A stretch of DNA of 64,000 bases from an uncultured Clostridia bacterium (lineage in GTDB: Bacteria; Bacillota; Clostridia; Christensenellales; Borkfalkiaceae): positions 11,798-75,797 of the forward strand of contig CALVUC010000002.1 of assembly GCA_944363395.1 (NCBI GenBank), given 5' to 3'. A model generated the notes under the pieces. It had not been told where the DNA came from, did no database searches, and worked only from the letters and a program-made list of their open reading frames with translations. Both the position numbers and the translations under genes were made by a program. How positions within the stretch are numbered: position 1 is the first letter of the stretch; each line of letters opens with the position of its first letter. Positions 1 through 8,614 of this stretch are shown here, piece by piece.

Positions 1-628
1 TCCCGACAATTTTAAACATACCGAGTTTTACATCATTCACATAAAATCTGTCTACGCCGAGCGCGCCGAAAAAAATTGCAAGCAGGATCGCCACAACTTT
101 TTTCTTGAGCGGAATGCTCATGAGGCGCGCGTATCCTTCCGATGTGATCGTATCGATACGCTTGACAAAAATGTCCATCCACCGAGATGACAATGCATTA
201 TGGTACCTCCCGATCAGCCGGCTTTTTTCCTCTTGCGTGATCAAGGGTTCGCTTGCCGCCGCAGGCACGTTGTTTGTCGTTCGGTCTGCCGCCGCAAAGA
301 CCGGCGATGCAGGCGCAGGAGCTGCGCTTTCAGACACGGCGCTCACCGCAGACCCGGCAGAAACGGACGTATTTTTTACGGCAGACGTTCCCGTTCTCTG
401 CGGCGCGGAAGGTCCTGTTGCAGCGATTGCCGGCGTCTTTTTTTTGTAAGGCTTATCCTCACGCAGAAAATACACGATCAACATCCCGGCGATCACCGCA
501 ACGATCGTGGGAAAGATATCGAATTGTATTGCGTTCCACCATATGGAAAAGGTATTGCTCCCAAAATGAAAATCCCCGTTTATTTCAAACGCAGAAAATA
601 CAAATGCAAGAACTGCACCGACCGCCAT
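1..628 (-). CDS. TM2 domain-containing membrane protein; C-terminus runs off the window edge
   Basis: My own minus-strand translation (absent from ORF track because no stop in window): MAVGAVLAFVFSAFEING...KKVVAILLAIFFGALGVDRFYVNDVKLGMFKIVG. The GxxGxxRFY segment within a hydrophobic helix is the TM2 signature. The middle is an Ala/Ser/Pro-rich linker. Start uncertain (ATG 628, GTG 631 or TTG 661). Confidence 0.55.
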   Translation of the reverse strand, partial: MAVGAVLAFVFSAFEINGDFHFGSNTFSIWWNAIQFDIFPTIVAVIAGMLIVYFLREDKPYKKKTPAIAATGPSAPQRTGTSAVKNTSVSAGSAVSAVSESAAPAPASPVFAAADRTTNNVPAAASEPLITQEEKSRLIGRYHNALSSRWMDIFVKRIDTITSEGYARLMSIPLKKKVVAILLAIFFGALGVDRFYVNDVKLGMFKIVG

Positions 629-641
629 CACGGAAAGGATA

Positions 642-905
642 TTGCGTAAGAAATTTGCCAAATTTTTTCCGTCCGTTCCTGATCTCCATAGGAGACATTG
701 TATCCGCTCCAACGTCAGGATCAGGGAGATCCGCACAGACAATCATCTTACGCAATCACAGTTCGGAGAAAAGATCTCCGTCTCCCAGGATACGGTATCG
801 CTTTGGGAAAAGGGAAAGAGCGTTCCGACGACCGAATACGTCATACGGATCGCGGAAACGTTTTTTGTGAGTGCAGACTACCTGCTCGGGCTTTCGGAAT
901 ACTGA
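642..905 (+). CDS. XRE-family helix-turn-helix transcriptional regulator
   Basis: ORF 642..905. IREIRTDNHLTQSQFGEKISVSQDTVSLWEKGKSVP...ADYLLGLSEY is a classic Cro/C1-type HTH. The real start may be further downstream (AGGAGA at 690..695 followed 6 nt later by in-frame ATC 702). Confidence 0.75.
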   Translation: MRKKFAKFFPSVPDLHRRHCIRSNVRIREIRTDNHLTQSQFGEKISVSQDTVSLWEKGKSVPTTEYVIRIAETFFVSADYLLGLSEY

Positions 906-943
906 GCCGCGTCCCCCCCATGCGCCCGATCGGGCGGCCCCTG

Positions 944-978
944 CAAAAAAAGAAGCCCCCTGCCGGAGCAGAGGGCTT
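944..978 (-). terminator. Rho-independent terminator downstream of gap (possibly bidirectional)
   Basis: Stem aagccccctgc / gcagagggctt (1 mismatch) at 953..978, flanked by an A7 run on the plus strand, which is a U-tract on the minus strand. Confidence 0.7.
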
Positions 979-990
979 GTCTGTTGTCTT

Positions 991-2013
991 TTAGTTGAGT
1001 TCCGCGAAGTACTTGATCGTGCGGACCATCTGGCTGGTGTAGGAGTTCTCGTTGTCGTACCAGGAGACGACCTTGACGAGCGTCGTGCCGTCGCCGATGG
1101 GCATACACTTGGTCTGGGTCGCATCGAACAGCGAGCCGTAGGTGATGCCGATGATATCGGAGGAAACGAGCTCCTCTTCCGTGTAGCCGAAGGAAGCGGA
1201 AGCCGCAGCCTTCATCGCCGCGTTGACGTCCTCCGCCTTCACCTCGCCCTCGCAGACAGCGACGAGCTGGGTCAGGGAACCGGTGGGAACGGGAACGCGC
1301 TGCGCGCAGCCGTCGAGCACGCCGTTGAGTTCGGGGATGACGAGACCGATCGCCTTTGCAGCGCCCGTCGAGTTGGGAACGACGTTGACCGCAGCGGCAC
1401 GCGCACGGCGAAGATCGCCCTTGCGGTGAGGCCCGTCGAGGACCATCTGGTCGCCCGTGTAAGCGTGGATGGTCGTCATGTAGCCCTTCTTGATCTTGCA
1501 CAGCTTGTTCAGCGTGTCCGCCATGGGAGCAAGGCAGTTGGTCGTGCAGGAAGCGGCGGAGATGATGGTATCCGTAGGCTTCAAGGTCTTTTCATTGACG
1601 CTGTAGACGATGGTGGGAAGATCGTTGCCCGCGGGAGCGGAGATGATGACCTTCTTTGCGCCCGCATCGATATGCGCCTGGGACTTCGCCTTGGAGGTAT
1701 AGAAGCCCGTGCATTCGAGGACGACGTCCACGCCGATCTCTGCCCAAGGCAGATCCTTCGCGTCCTTCTCCTTGTAGATCCTGATGGTCTTGCCATCAAC
1801 GGTGATCGTGCCCTCTTCGTCGTTCGCGCTGACGGTGTCCGCAAGAGCATATCTGCCCTGTGCCGAGTCGTACTTCAGAAGGTGCGCGAGCATCTTGGGG
1901 CTGGTGAGGTCGTTGATCGCAACGATCTCATAGCCGGGTGCGTTGAACATCTGACGGAATGCAAGACGCCCGATACGGCCGAATCCGTTGATCGCAACTT
2001 TTACGTTTGCCAT
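991..2013 (-). CDS. gap: type I glyceraldehyde-3-phosphate dehydrogenase
   Basis: 340 aa. [23 protein letters not shown]-binding N-terminus, SCTTNCLAP active-site motif, WYDNE near the C-terminus. GGAGG RBS upstream. Confidence 0.97.
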   Translation of the reverse strand: MANVKVAINGFGRIGRLAFRQMFNAPGYEIVAINDLTSPKMLAHLLKYDSAQGRYALADTVSANDEEGTITVDGKTIRIYKEKDAKDLPWAEIGVDVVLECTGFYTSKAKSQAHIDAGAKKVIISAPAGNDLPTIVYSVNEKTLKPTDTIISAASCTTNCLAPMADTLNKLCKIKKGYMTTIHAYTGDQMVLDGPHRKGDLRRARAAAVNVVPNSTGAAKAIGLVIPELNGVLDGCAQRVPVPTGSLTQLVAVCEGEVKAEDVNAAMKAAASASFGYTEEELVSSDIIGITYGSLFDATQTKCMPIGDGTTLVKVVSWYDNENSYTSQMVRTIKYFAELN

Positions 2014-2071
2014 TGGTGTATTCCTCCGAATAATTATTGCGCCGTAGTTCGGGCGCTATTTTTCGCATATC

Positions 2072-2100
2072 ATTGTACTACAAATCATGGGCGCTGTCAA
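2072..2100 (-). promoter_or_regulatory. sigma-70-type promoter of gap
   Basis: Minus strand reads TTGACA-17 nt-TACAAT (tgtcaa 2095..2100, attgta 2072..2077). Confidence 0.6.
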
Positions 2101-2120
2101 TAGTTGTTTATGAAATTTTA

Positions 2121-2136
2121 CTTTGAATTTTCAAAG
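2121..2136. promoter_or_regulatory. perfect 7-2-7 palindrome CTTTGAA-tt-TTCAAAG in the gap/fba divergent region (candidate operator)
   Basis: Read directly from the sequence. It lies 21 nt upstream of the gap -35 hexamer. Confidence 0.35.
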
Positions 2137-2268
2137 CCGACGCCCTGCCGCAGGGGAGCATCCCCTTTATTTTTTATATACCCGCTTTTTTTGCGCGCAA
2201 AACGCGCGGCGCGAAAAAATCTTGTCCGTGGCTGAGAAATTTGGACGCGAAAATTTTGCCGCAAAGGG

Positions 2269-2297
2269 TTGATTTTTCCTTGAAAAGGCTTTATAAT
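2269..2297 (+). promoter_or_regulatory. sigma-70-type promoter of fba
   Basis: TTGATT (2269..2274)-17 nt-TATAAT (2292..2297), about 30 nt upstream of the fba ATG. Confidence 0.65.
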
Positions 2298-2327
2298 ATA
2301 GGAAAACGTTTTGGAGGAAAAATACCC

Positions 2328-3263
2328 ATGCCTTTGGTCACTACGACTGAAATGTTCAAAAAGGCGTACGCGGGCGGCTATGCGGTCGGCGCGTTCAACG
2401 TCAACAATATGGAAATGATCCAGGCGATCGTGGAAGCGGCGAACGAGTGCCGTTCCCCCGTCATCCTTCAGGTCTCCGCGGGCGCGAGAAAGTACGCCAA
2501 CCCCGTGTACCTTCGCCACCTTGTCGAAGCGGCGGTCGAGACGACGGATATCCCGATCGCAATGCACCTTGACCACGGCGCAGACTTCGATATCTGCAAG
2601 TCGTCCATCGACGGCGGCTTCACTTCCGTCATGATCGACGCCTCGTCCAAGCCTTGGGAGGAGAACATCGCCATCACGAAGAAGGTCGTCGAATATGCGC
2701 ACGATCACGGCGTGGTCGTCGAAGCGGAGCTGGGCAAGCTCGCGGGCATCGAGGACGACGTACACGTCGCCAACGACGACGCCATGTTCACCTCTCCCGA
2801 CGAAGTGGAGGAATTCACCTCCCGCACGGGCATCGACTCGCTCGCCATCGCCATCGGCACCAGCCACGGCGCGTACAAGTTCAAGCCCGGTCAGGATCCC
2901 AAACTGCGCATCGACATTCTGGAAGAGGTCGGCAGGCGTCTGCCCGGCTTCCCCATCGTCCTGCACGGCGCATCCAGCGTGCCGCAGGAGCAGGTCGCCG
3001 TCGTCAACCGGTTCGGCGGCTCCATGCCCAACGCGATCGGCATTCCCGAGAGCGAGCTCAGGAAGGCGGCAAAACTTGCGGTCTGCAAGATCAATATCGA
3101 CTCCGACCTTCGCGTCGCTTTCACGGCTGCGATCAGAAAGCACCTTGCGGAAAATCCTTCCCACTTCGACCCCCGCCAGTACCTCGGCGATGCGCGCGCG
3201 AACATGAAGGAAATGGTCAAGCACAAGATCGTCAACGTCCTCGGTTCTGCGAACAAGGCGTAA
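2328..3263 (+). CDS. fba: class II fructose-1,6-bisphosphate aldolase
   Basis: ORF 2241..3263 trimmed to ATG 2328 behind GGAGGA (2313..2318). MPLVTTTEMFKKAYAGGYAVGAFNVNNME..., HLDHG and GTSHGAYKF motifs. Confidence 0.95.
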   Translation: MPLVTTTEMFKKAYAGGYAVGAFNVNNMEMIQAIVEAANECRSPVILQVSAGARKYANPVYLRHLVEAAVETTDIPIAMHLDHGADFDICKSSIDGGFTSVMIDASSKPWEENIAITKKVVEYAHDHGVVVEAELGKLAGIEDDVHVANDDAMFTSPDEVEEFTSRTGIDSLAIAIGTSHGAYKFKPGQDPKLRIDILEEVGRRLPGFPIVLHGASSVPQEQVAVVNRFGGSMPNAIGIPESELRKAAKLAVCKINIDSDLRVAFTAAIRKHLAENPSHFDPRQYLGDARANMKEMVKHKIVNVLGSANKA

Positions 3264-3277
3264 AGACCCAAAACAGA

Positions 3278-3303
3278 AAGACCCGCGCTGCGGGTCTTTT
3301 TTC
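3278..3303 (+). terminator. Rho-independent terminator of fba
   Basis: aagacccgc-gct-gcgggtctt followed by a T run. Confidence 0.8.
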
Positions 3304-3328
3304 ATGCCGCGAATGCCGTCCGCGCACC

Positions 3329-3357
3329 AAAAAGGACCCGCGCCGAAGCGCGGGTCC
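3329..3357 (-). terminator. Rho-independent terminator of the collagen-like lipoprotein gene
   Basis: ggacccgcgc-cgaa-gcgcgggtcc preceded by A5 on the plus strand, which is a U-tract on the minus strand. Confidence 0.8.
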
Positions 3358-3372
3358 CGTCCGATCTGTCCT

Positions 3373-6165
3373 TTAAGGCTGTGCCGGGATGACCTTAACA
3401 TCCGCAGAGTCTTTACCGACAACGATATCTTTGAACCCGACCCCCGTTGCGGCGGTGTAATCGAGCGTCGTCGTAAAGGGCTTGCCATCGTTGATGCCCT
3501 CGTACACGTCCTCGTTGGCATAGACATAGATGGGCGGCGTTTTCGTGTCTTCCGCAAGGTTGAATTTGATCTCGCCCTTCAGGGTGCAGACCGCATCCGC
3601 ATAATATGTCCCGTTGCGGTTTCCGAGCGTCAGCGCCGCGCGCACACCGCTCGTGCCGCTGTCCCAGTCTTTCGTCAGATATTCGTCCGTTTTGTTATAC
3701 GACGTGCCGAGCGTACTGTCGCTGATCTCCGCCGTGCCTGCGCGCAGGAAGATCCCCTGCTCCGCGCCATAGATCGTGCTCCCGGAGACGGTGAGCGTGC
3801 CCGCGACATTAAAGAGGATGCCGGACCCGAGCGTAGCATAAAGTTCGGACTTTGTCACTTCTATGTTGACATTTTTATAGGCATTGTCGCCGTCCTTGAC
3901 CGATGCATTCGTCCCGACGGCATATCCCCCGCCTTCGATCGTGCTGCCCTTAATGACGATCTTGCTCGCCGTGGCGGCATCGTCCGTACCGTCGCCCTGT
4001 ACATAGATCGCCGTACCGTTTGCCGTGTAATCGACGTTTTCCAGCGTCAACGAACTGTTCGCCCCCGATACGATGAAGTTGGCGTTTGCCGTCGGGGAGC
4101 CGTCGCCGATCGTTGCCTTCAACGTGCCGTTCTTAAACGTAAGATGCGCGCCGTTCAAAATGCCGTTGCTCATCGCGCCCGAATTGAGCGTGAGCGTTTT
4201 TTCATTCAGATCGATCGCCGCGTCCTCTGTAAAGGCGATCTTTTCGGAAAACGTCACATCCTCCGAGAGCATGACGTTCTGCGCGCCGCCGTTGAGCAGG
4301 GCAACGAGCGCGTTTGCACTCGACGCCGCAAAGACCGCGTCGGGGTTTTCTGCCACGGAGAGGACTTCGTACACCGTCCTGTCGCCCTCCGTCGTTTGCA
4401 CAACGCCGTAGCCTTCCGCCAAGAACGTCCCGCCGAGGTTGTCGTCACCGAGCGCAGGGCTGCGTCCGATGAATTTGCCCCCATAGACGACGAGATCGGT
4501 GACTGCCGCACTATTGGAGACGTTGACCGTAAGCGGCGCACCGCCACCATAGGCATACTCTTCGTCGCTCTCATTGATGAACGTACCGCCGTTGACGGTG
4601 ACCTTCCCGCCATTGCCCGCGAACAGGCACGATTCCTTTGCCGTTCCGACAACGATCGTACCGCTTTCCACAACGACCGCTGCGTCCTCTTCCATTGCAG
4701 CGACGGGAACGGTCGTATCGTCTGCGCCCGTCGCGTCGATCGTGCCTTCGCCGATGATCGTGAGCGTAGCGCCCCTGCACACACGGAGCGCGGCGAAATT
4801 GCCGATCCCTGCGCCGACCGAAAGGGTCGCGCTACCAAGATCGAGCGTCACGTCCGAGGTGATACGCAGTACCTCGGGCATCTCGAAATCCGCTTCAAGG
4901 ACGACTTCCTTCGCGCCGCTGTTGAGCAGGGCAACGAGCGCGTTTGCACTCGACGCCGCAAAGACCGCGTCGGGATTTTCTGCCACGGAAAGGACTTCGT
5001 ACACCGTCCTGTCGCCCTCCGTCGTTTGCACAACGCCGTAGCCTTCCGCCACATAACTTGTGTCTTCGCCTTCGGGGTTTGCAGAAAAGTCATAGGGATA
5101 TGTTCCGCCGCGAAGTTCAATGACAGCCGTCCCGTCCTTGAAATTTGCGTCGATACAATTGACAACAAACTTTGCATACGAATCGGGACACGCCTCGGTC
5201 AAATCGAAATTGCCGTCGTTGACGACCAGCTTGCCCTTTGTGACCTGTACCGCCGTGGTACCGCCATAGAAATTGCCGCCGTTGATCGTAAGGGAGCCGC
5301 CGTTGACAATGTCAATGGCATACGAATTATTACTGCCCGCTTCGGCGTCTATCGTCCCATCGCCCTCGATGACGACGTCCGCGCCGTCGACCGCGATCAG
5401 AACGGGCGTCGAAGGCAGTTCCCCTATCCCTTCCTCATACCCAAGCGTCTTGCCGTTCAAATCAAGCGTCATATCGCTCGAAATGATCAGCTGCGGAACA
5501 TTTGATTGGGGATCGGCGTCGGGTGCCATTTCGGGCGCAAACGCAATGTTTTCTTCAAGGACGACTTCCTTCGCGCCGTAGGCGAAGAGCGCTTCCAACG
5601 CGTCTGCCGAGGATGCGCCGTAGCTGTCCGCCGTCAGCGTGACGTTTTCAAACCCCGCCTGATAGTAGGCGAGCGCTTCTTCCGTCGTCGCCGCTTCGTA
5701 TGCCGCATCGGGGCTGGCGGGAACGGGGATACGCACCTCGTACGTCGTCCCGTCCGTCATCCAGAACGTGATGACGGTGACAATGCAGGCGTCCTCTGCG
5801 GAAAATTCCTGCGTATATGTAATATCTTTGATCCCGACGCCCGCGGGTCCCTGCTCGCCGTCCTCACCGGGTTTTCCGGGCGCGCCGCCAAAGCCGGTAT
5901 CGCCCTGTTCACCCTGCTCGCCCTGCTCGCCTTTTTCGCCCTGTTCGCCTTTTTCACCCTGCTCGCCCTGCTCGCCCTTTTCGCCGGGCGCACCCTGTTC
6001 GCCCTTCAGGCTTTCGAGCCATTCCGCTTCGCTGCCGACGAAGCCGTGCTCCACGGCGATCTCGTAGGCGGACTTGCCGTTCTGCGGTTCGCTGCACGCC
6101 GCGAGCGGCACGCAAAGCGCCGCCGAGAGCGCAAGAACGGCGATCGTCTTGAGTAATTTCTTCAT
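3373..6165 (-). CDS. surface lipoprotein with a collagen-like (Gly-X-Y) segment and three beta-helix-like modules
   Basis: ORF 3373..6510 trimmed to ATG 6165 behind [33 protein letters not shown] is a lipobox. About 19 GXY triplets follow ([19 protein letters not shown]...GPAGVG). Then three related modules with ...TLDLNGKTL...GDGTID...INGGNF... patterns. Confidence 0.85.
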   Translation of the reverse strand: MKKLLKTIAVLALSAALCVPLAACSEPQNGKSAYEIAVEHGFVGSEAEWLESLKGEQGAPGEKGEQGEQGEKGEQGEKGEQGEQGEQGDTGFGGAPGKPGEDGEQGPAGVGIKDITYTQEFSAEDACIVTVITFWMTDGTTYEVRIPVPASPDAAYEAATTEEALAYYQAGFENVTLTADSYGASSADALEALFAYGAKEVVLEENIAFAPEMAPDADPQSNVPQLIISSDMTLDLNGKTLGYEEGIGELPSTPVLIAVDGADVVIEGDGTIDAEAGSNNSYAIDIVNGGSLTINGGNFYGGTTAVQVTKGKLVVNDGNFDLTEACPDSYAKFVVNCIDANFKDGTAVIELRGGTYPYDFSANPEGEDTSYVAEGYGVVQTTEGDRTVYEVLSVAENPDAVFAASSANALVALLNSGAKEVVLEADFEMPEVLRITSDVTLDLGSATLSVGAGIGNFAALRVCRGATLTIIGEGTIDATGADDTTVPVAAMEEDAAVVVESGTIVVGTAKESCLFAGNGGKVTVNGGTFINESDEEYAYGGGAPLTVNVSNSAAVTDLVVYGGKFIGRSPALGDDNLGGTFLAEGYGVVQTTEGDRTVYEVLSVAENPDAVFAASSANALVALLNGGAQNVMLSEDVTFSEKIAFTEDAAIDLNEKTLTLNSGAMSNGILNGAHLTFKNGTLKATIGDGSPTANANFIVSGANSSLTLENVDYTANGTAIYVQGDGTDDAATASKIVIKGSTIEGGGYAVGTNASVKDGDNAYKNVNIEVTKSELYATLGSGILFNVAGTLTVSGSTIYGAEQGIFLRAGTAEISDSTLGTSYNKTDEYLTKDWDSGTSGVRAALTLGNRNGTYYADAVCTLKGEIKFNLAEDTKTPPIYVYANEDVYEGINDGKPFTTTLDYTAATGVGFKDIVVGKDSADVKVIPAQP
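4283..4421. repeat. 139-bp internal direct repeat, copy 1 (inside the lipoprotein gene)
   Basis: Aligned by eye to 4913..5051 with only 3 mismatches. Encodes [42 protein letters not shown]. Confidence 0.9.
4913..5051. repeat. 139-bp internal direct repeat, copy 2
   Basis: See copy 1. The copies are 630 bp apart, in frame. A weaker third copy of the adjacent 25 bp (ttcaaggacgacttccttcgcgccg) is at 5554..5578. Confidence 0.9.
5833..6003 (-). repeat. 9-nt periodic tandem repeat encoding the Gly-X-Y collagen-like segment (aa 55-111)
   Basis: Plus strand shows repeated ctgctcgcc / ctgttcgcc / ttttcgccc units, translating to GEQ/GEK triplets. Confidence 0.85.
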
Positions 6166-6195
6166 ATCGCGTTTCACCTCCTTTGAAACATCTCC

Positions 6196-6224
6196 ATTAT
6201 ACAACACCCCCCAATACCTGTCAA
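6196..6224 (-). promoter_or_regulatory. consensus sigma-70 promoter of the collagen-like lipoprotein gene
   Basis: Minus strand reads AAAGTATTGACA-17 nt (contains G6)-TATAAT. The -10 lies about 30 nt upstream of ATG 6165. Confidence 0.7.
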
Positions 6225-6275
6225 TACTTTTCACGAAATTTGTAGGGATATGGAACACTTTTGTAAAATTTGTAC

Positions 6276-6303
6276 AAAAAAACGCTCCCTGTCGGGAGCG
6301 CTT
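6276..6303 (-). terminator. Rho-independent terminator of trkA
   Basis: cgctccc-tgtc-gggagcg preceded by A7 on the plus strand. Confidence 0.8.
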
Positions 6304-6323
6304 GTCTGCAAAAGACGGATGCG

Positions 6324-6977
6324 TCAGTTCTGTTTGTTCATATAGGCAAGGATCTGCGCCGAATTGCCGAACACGAGAAGCTGATCGTTGGAGCGAAACA
6401 CATAGCCCGCGTCGAGCGTGGAGATGACCTTGCCGCCGTTTTTGATGGTGAGGATATTCATGCCGTAACGCTTGCGGGGGTTGACCTCGACCAGCGTTTT
6501 GCCGATCCATTTTTCGGGAACGGCGATCTCAAAGATGGAATAGGCGGAATCGAGATCGATATAGTTGAGGACGTTGCGCGAACTCAGCCGCACGGCGAGC
6601 TTTTCGGCAATGTCGTTTTCGGGATAGATGACCTCGTCCGCGCCGACGCGCAGCAGGAACTTGCGCTGGATGGGCGTCGTCGCGCGGGAGATGACCTTCT
6701 TTGCGCCGCAGTCCTTTAAGTTGGACGTGATCTCGAGGGAAGCCTGGAAATCTTCGCCGATGGTGACGATGCACACGTCAAACGAGGGGATGTCCATCGT
6801 CTCGAGATTGTCCATGCTCATGCAGTTGGCGATGAGCGCGTTGGTGTAGCGGGGCGCAAGCGAGTTGATGACGTCCTCGTTCTTGTCGACGATCATGACC
6901 TCGTCGCCCATGCCGAGCAGCTTTTCGCCCAGCGTCCTGCCGAATTTGCCCATGCCGATAACCAGTACGGAAACCAT
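6324..6977 (-). CDS. trkA: TrkA/KtrA-type potassium uptake regulatory subunit (NAD-binding)
   Basis: 217 aa. MVSVLVIGMGKFGRTLGEKL Rossmann GxGxxG motif plus a C-terminal TrkA_C-like half. Confidence 0.9.
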   Translation of the reverse strand: MVSVLVIGMGKFGRTLGEKLLGMGDEVMIVDKNEDVINSLAPRYTNALIANCMSMDNLETMDIPSFDVCIVTIGEDFQASLEITSNLKDCGAKKVISRATTPIQRKFLLRVGADEVIYPENDIAEKLAVRLSSRNVLNYIDLDSAYSIFEIAVPEKWIGKTLVEVNPRKRYGMNILTIKNGGKVISTLDAGYVFRSNDQLLVFGNSAQILAYMNKQN

Positions 6978-7064
6978 ATTGTACTCCTGTCGATTTTATT
7001 TGGAAGATGATATGCGGCGTTCCCGCCGCCCGCGGCGCGCAGGGAAAAAACGAGGCGCGCGTCC

Positions 7065-8426
7065 TCAGCCGATGAACACGTTGTCCACGGGGCGGCGCAC
7101 GGCGGCTTCGCTCTTCTTGCTGCGCCTGAGCGCAAAGGCAAAAGTCAGGATGCCCACGCGTCCCAGATACATGAGAAGGATGAGGATGAACTTGGAAACG
7201 GGCGAGATGATGGAAGTGAGCGCCATCGTGAGCCCGACCGTGCCGATCGCCGAGACCGTCTCGAACAGCACCGCATCGAACGCCGCGACGCTGTCCGGCT
7301 CGATGGCGTTGATGAGCAGCGTCGCCGTGATGGTCAGGACGAGATAGGCGACGAAGATCGCAAGCGCCTGCCCGAGCACGCTCTGATCGATACGGCGCTT
7401 TCCGATCGTGATGTCCTTTTTGCCGCGCATGACGGAGAGCATACCGAAGATGATGACGGTAAAAGTGCTCACCTTGACGCCGCCGCCCGTCGAACCCGAA
7501 CACGCGCCGATGAACATCAGGATGATCATGAGCAGCACGCCGCTGTTGGACAGCCCCGCGGGGTCGGTCGTAAAATACCCCGCCGTGCGCGCCGTGGTCG
7601 CGTTAAAGAAGGAGCAGAGCAGCTTGTCTCCAAAATTGTAATTCTCTTCTACATATGCCTCATTATTCCACTCAAACACCATGAACAGCGCCGTGCCGAC
7701 GATAAGCAAAACCGCCGTACCGATGAGCGCCATGCGCGTATAGAAGGAGAACTTTTTGGGATTGCCCTTGCAGTCCACGACGTCCCCCCACACGCAAAAT
7801 CCGAGGCCCCCGATGATGATGAGCGCGCAGATGACGAGCGAGACAAGCGGATCGCATGCATATGCGACCAGCGACTCGTCACCGATGATGTCAAACCCCG
7901 CGTTACAGAACGCCGAAATGGCGTGAAAGACGGCGTACCAGATGCCTATCGCGCCCTCTTCGGGGACAAAGCGGATCATGAGGAGCAGCGCGCCCGTCAT
8001 CTCAAAGATGAGCGTCCCCAAAAGGATGCGTTTGACGAGCGTCCTTACGCCCGTGAGCTTGCTCCCCCCGACCGACTGGATCATTGCGGTGCGCTCGTAC
8101 AGTCCCATCCCCTTGCTGCGGATCGCCATGAAGAGAATGGAGACGAGCGTCGTAAAGCCGAGCCCGCCGATCTGGATGAGGCAGATGATGACGACGTGTC
8201 CGAAGGTCGTCCAATGATCTGCCGTGACGACGGGCGTGAGCCCCGTGACGCAGGTCGCGGACGTGGCGACGAACAGTCCGTCAAGATAGCCGACGAAATC
8301 GCCCCATGTATTGCTCGTCTTGGCAAAGGGCAGAAGAAGCAAAAGGCTTCCTGTAAAAATGAGCAGCGCGTACCCGAGCGCGAGATAGCGCCAGACGCTC
8401 ATCCTCGGTTTGATCCTGAACTTCAT
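7065..8426 (-). CDS. trkH: TrkH/KtrB-family potassium transporter membrane subunit
   Basis: ORF 7065..8618 trimmed to ATG 8426 (MKFRIKPRMSVWRYLALGY...). Polytopic, with repeated ..TGF/..GGLG.. selectivity-filter-like motifs. The upstream 64 aa of the ORF are Arg/Ala-rich and overlap terminator hairpins. Confidence 0.9.
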   Translation of the reverse strand: MKFRIKPRMSVWRYLALGYALLIFTGSLLLLLPFAKTSNTWGDFVGYLDGLFVATSATCVTGLTPVVTADHWTTFGHVVIICLIQIGGLGFTTLVSILFMAIRSKGMGLYERTAMIQSVGGSKLTGVRTLVKRILLGTLIFEMTGALLLMIRFVPEEGAIGIWYAVFHAISAFCNAGFDIIGDESLVAYACDPLVSLVICALIIIGGLGFCVWGDVVDCKGNPKKFSFYTRMALIGTAVLLIVGTALFMVFEWNNEAYVEENYNFGDKLLCSFFNATTARTAGYFTTDPAGLSNSGVLLMIILMFIGACSGSTGGGVKVSTFTVIIFGMLSVMRGKKDITIGKRRIDQSVLGQALAIFVAYLVLTITATLLINAIEPDSVAAFDAVLFETVSAIGTVGLTMALTSIISPVSKFILILLMYLGRVGILTFAFALRRSKKSEAAVRRPVDNVFIG

Positions 8427-8545
8427 GAATTCCTCTGACAGCGGGCGTCCCGCGCCCGACGCTCCTATCCTATCATATCCGCCGCCCGAAGTCAATCGTT
8501 TGCACGCCAAATGCTCCCGCAGTTTTGCGAGCATCTCCGCAAACG

Positions 8546-8608
8546 AGCCCCCGCGGGCGGCGGCGCGCCCGCGGGGGCTTTGCGCGCCTCGCGCCCTTGC
8601 GCGAGGCG
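8546..8608 (-). terminator. two tandem GC-rich hairpins after the helicase gene (U-tract poor)
   Basis: 10-bp stem at 8585..8608 and 13-bp stem at 8546..8579, read from the sequence. Neither is followed by a clear U run. Confidence 0.4.
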
Positions 8609-8614
8609 GCAGGT

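Noticed and set aside
2150-2236. Two hairpins (aggggagcatcccct plus a T run, and a ttttttgcgcg...cgcgaaaaaa stem) in the gap-fba intergenic region, considered as a possible small RNA.
   Set aside because: I could find no convincing upstream promoter on the plus strand. They may simply insulate the divergent promoters. Evidence is insufficient to call an ncRNA.
3373-6165. The collagen-like gene as a prophage tail-fibre remnant.
   Set aside because: It has a lipoprotein signal, its own consensus promoter and terminator, and no neighbouring phage structural, lysis or integration genes.
8427-8614. Possible c-di-AMP (ydaO-type) riboswitch upstream of trkH, as often found before K+ transporters in Firmicutes.
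   Set aside because: None of the conserved elements (GGGGUGAAUC, ACCCG...AGCUAACC) are present. The region is explained by helicase terminator hairpins plus a weak promoter.
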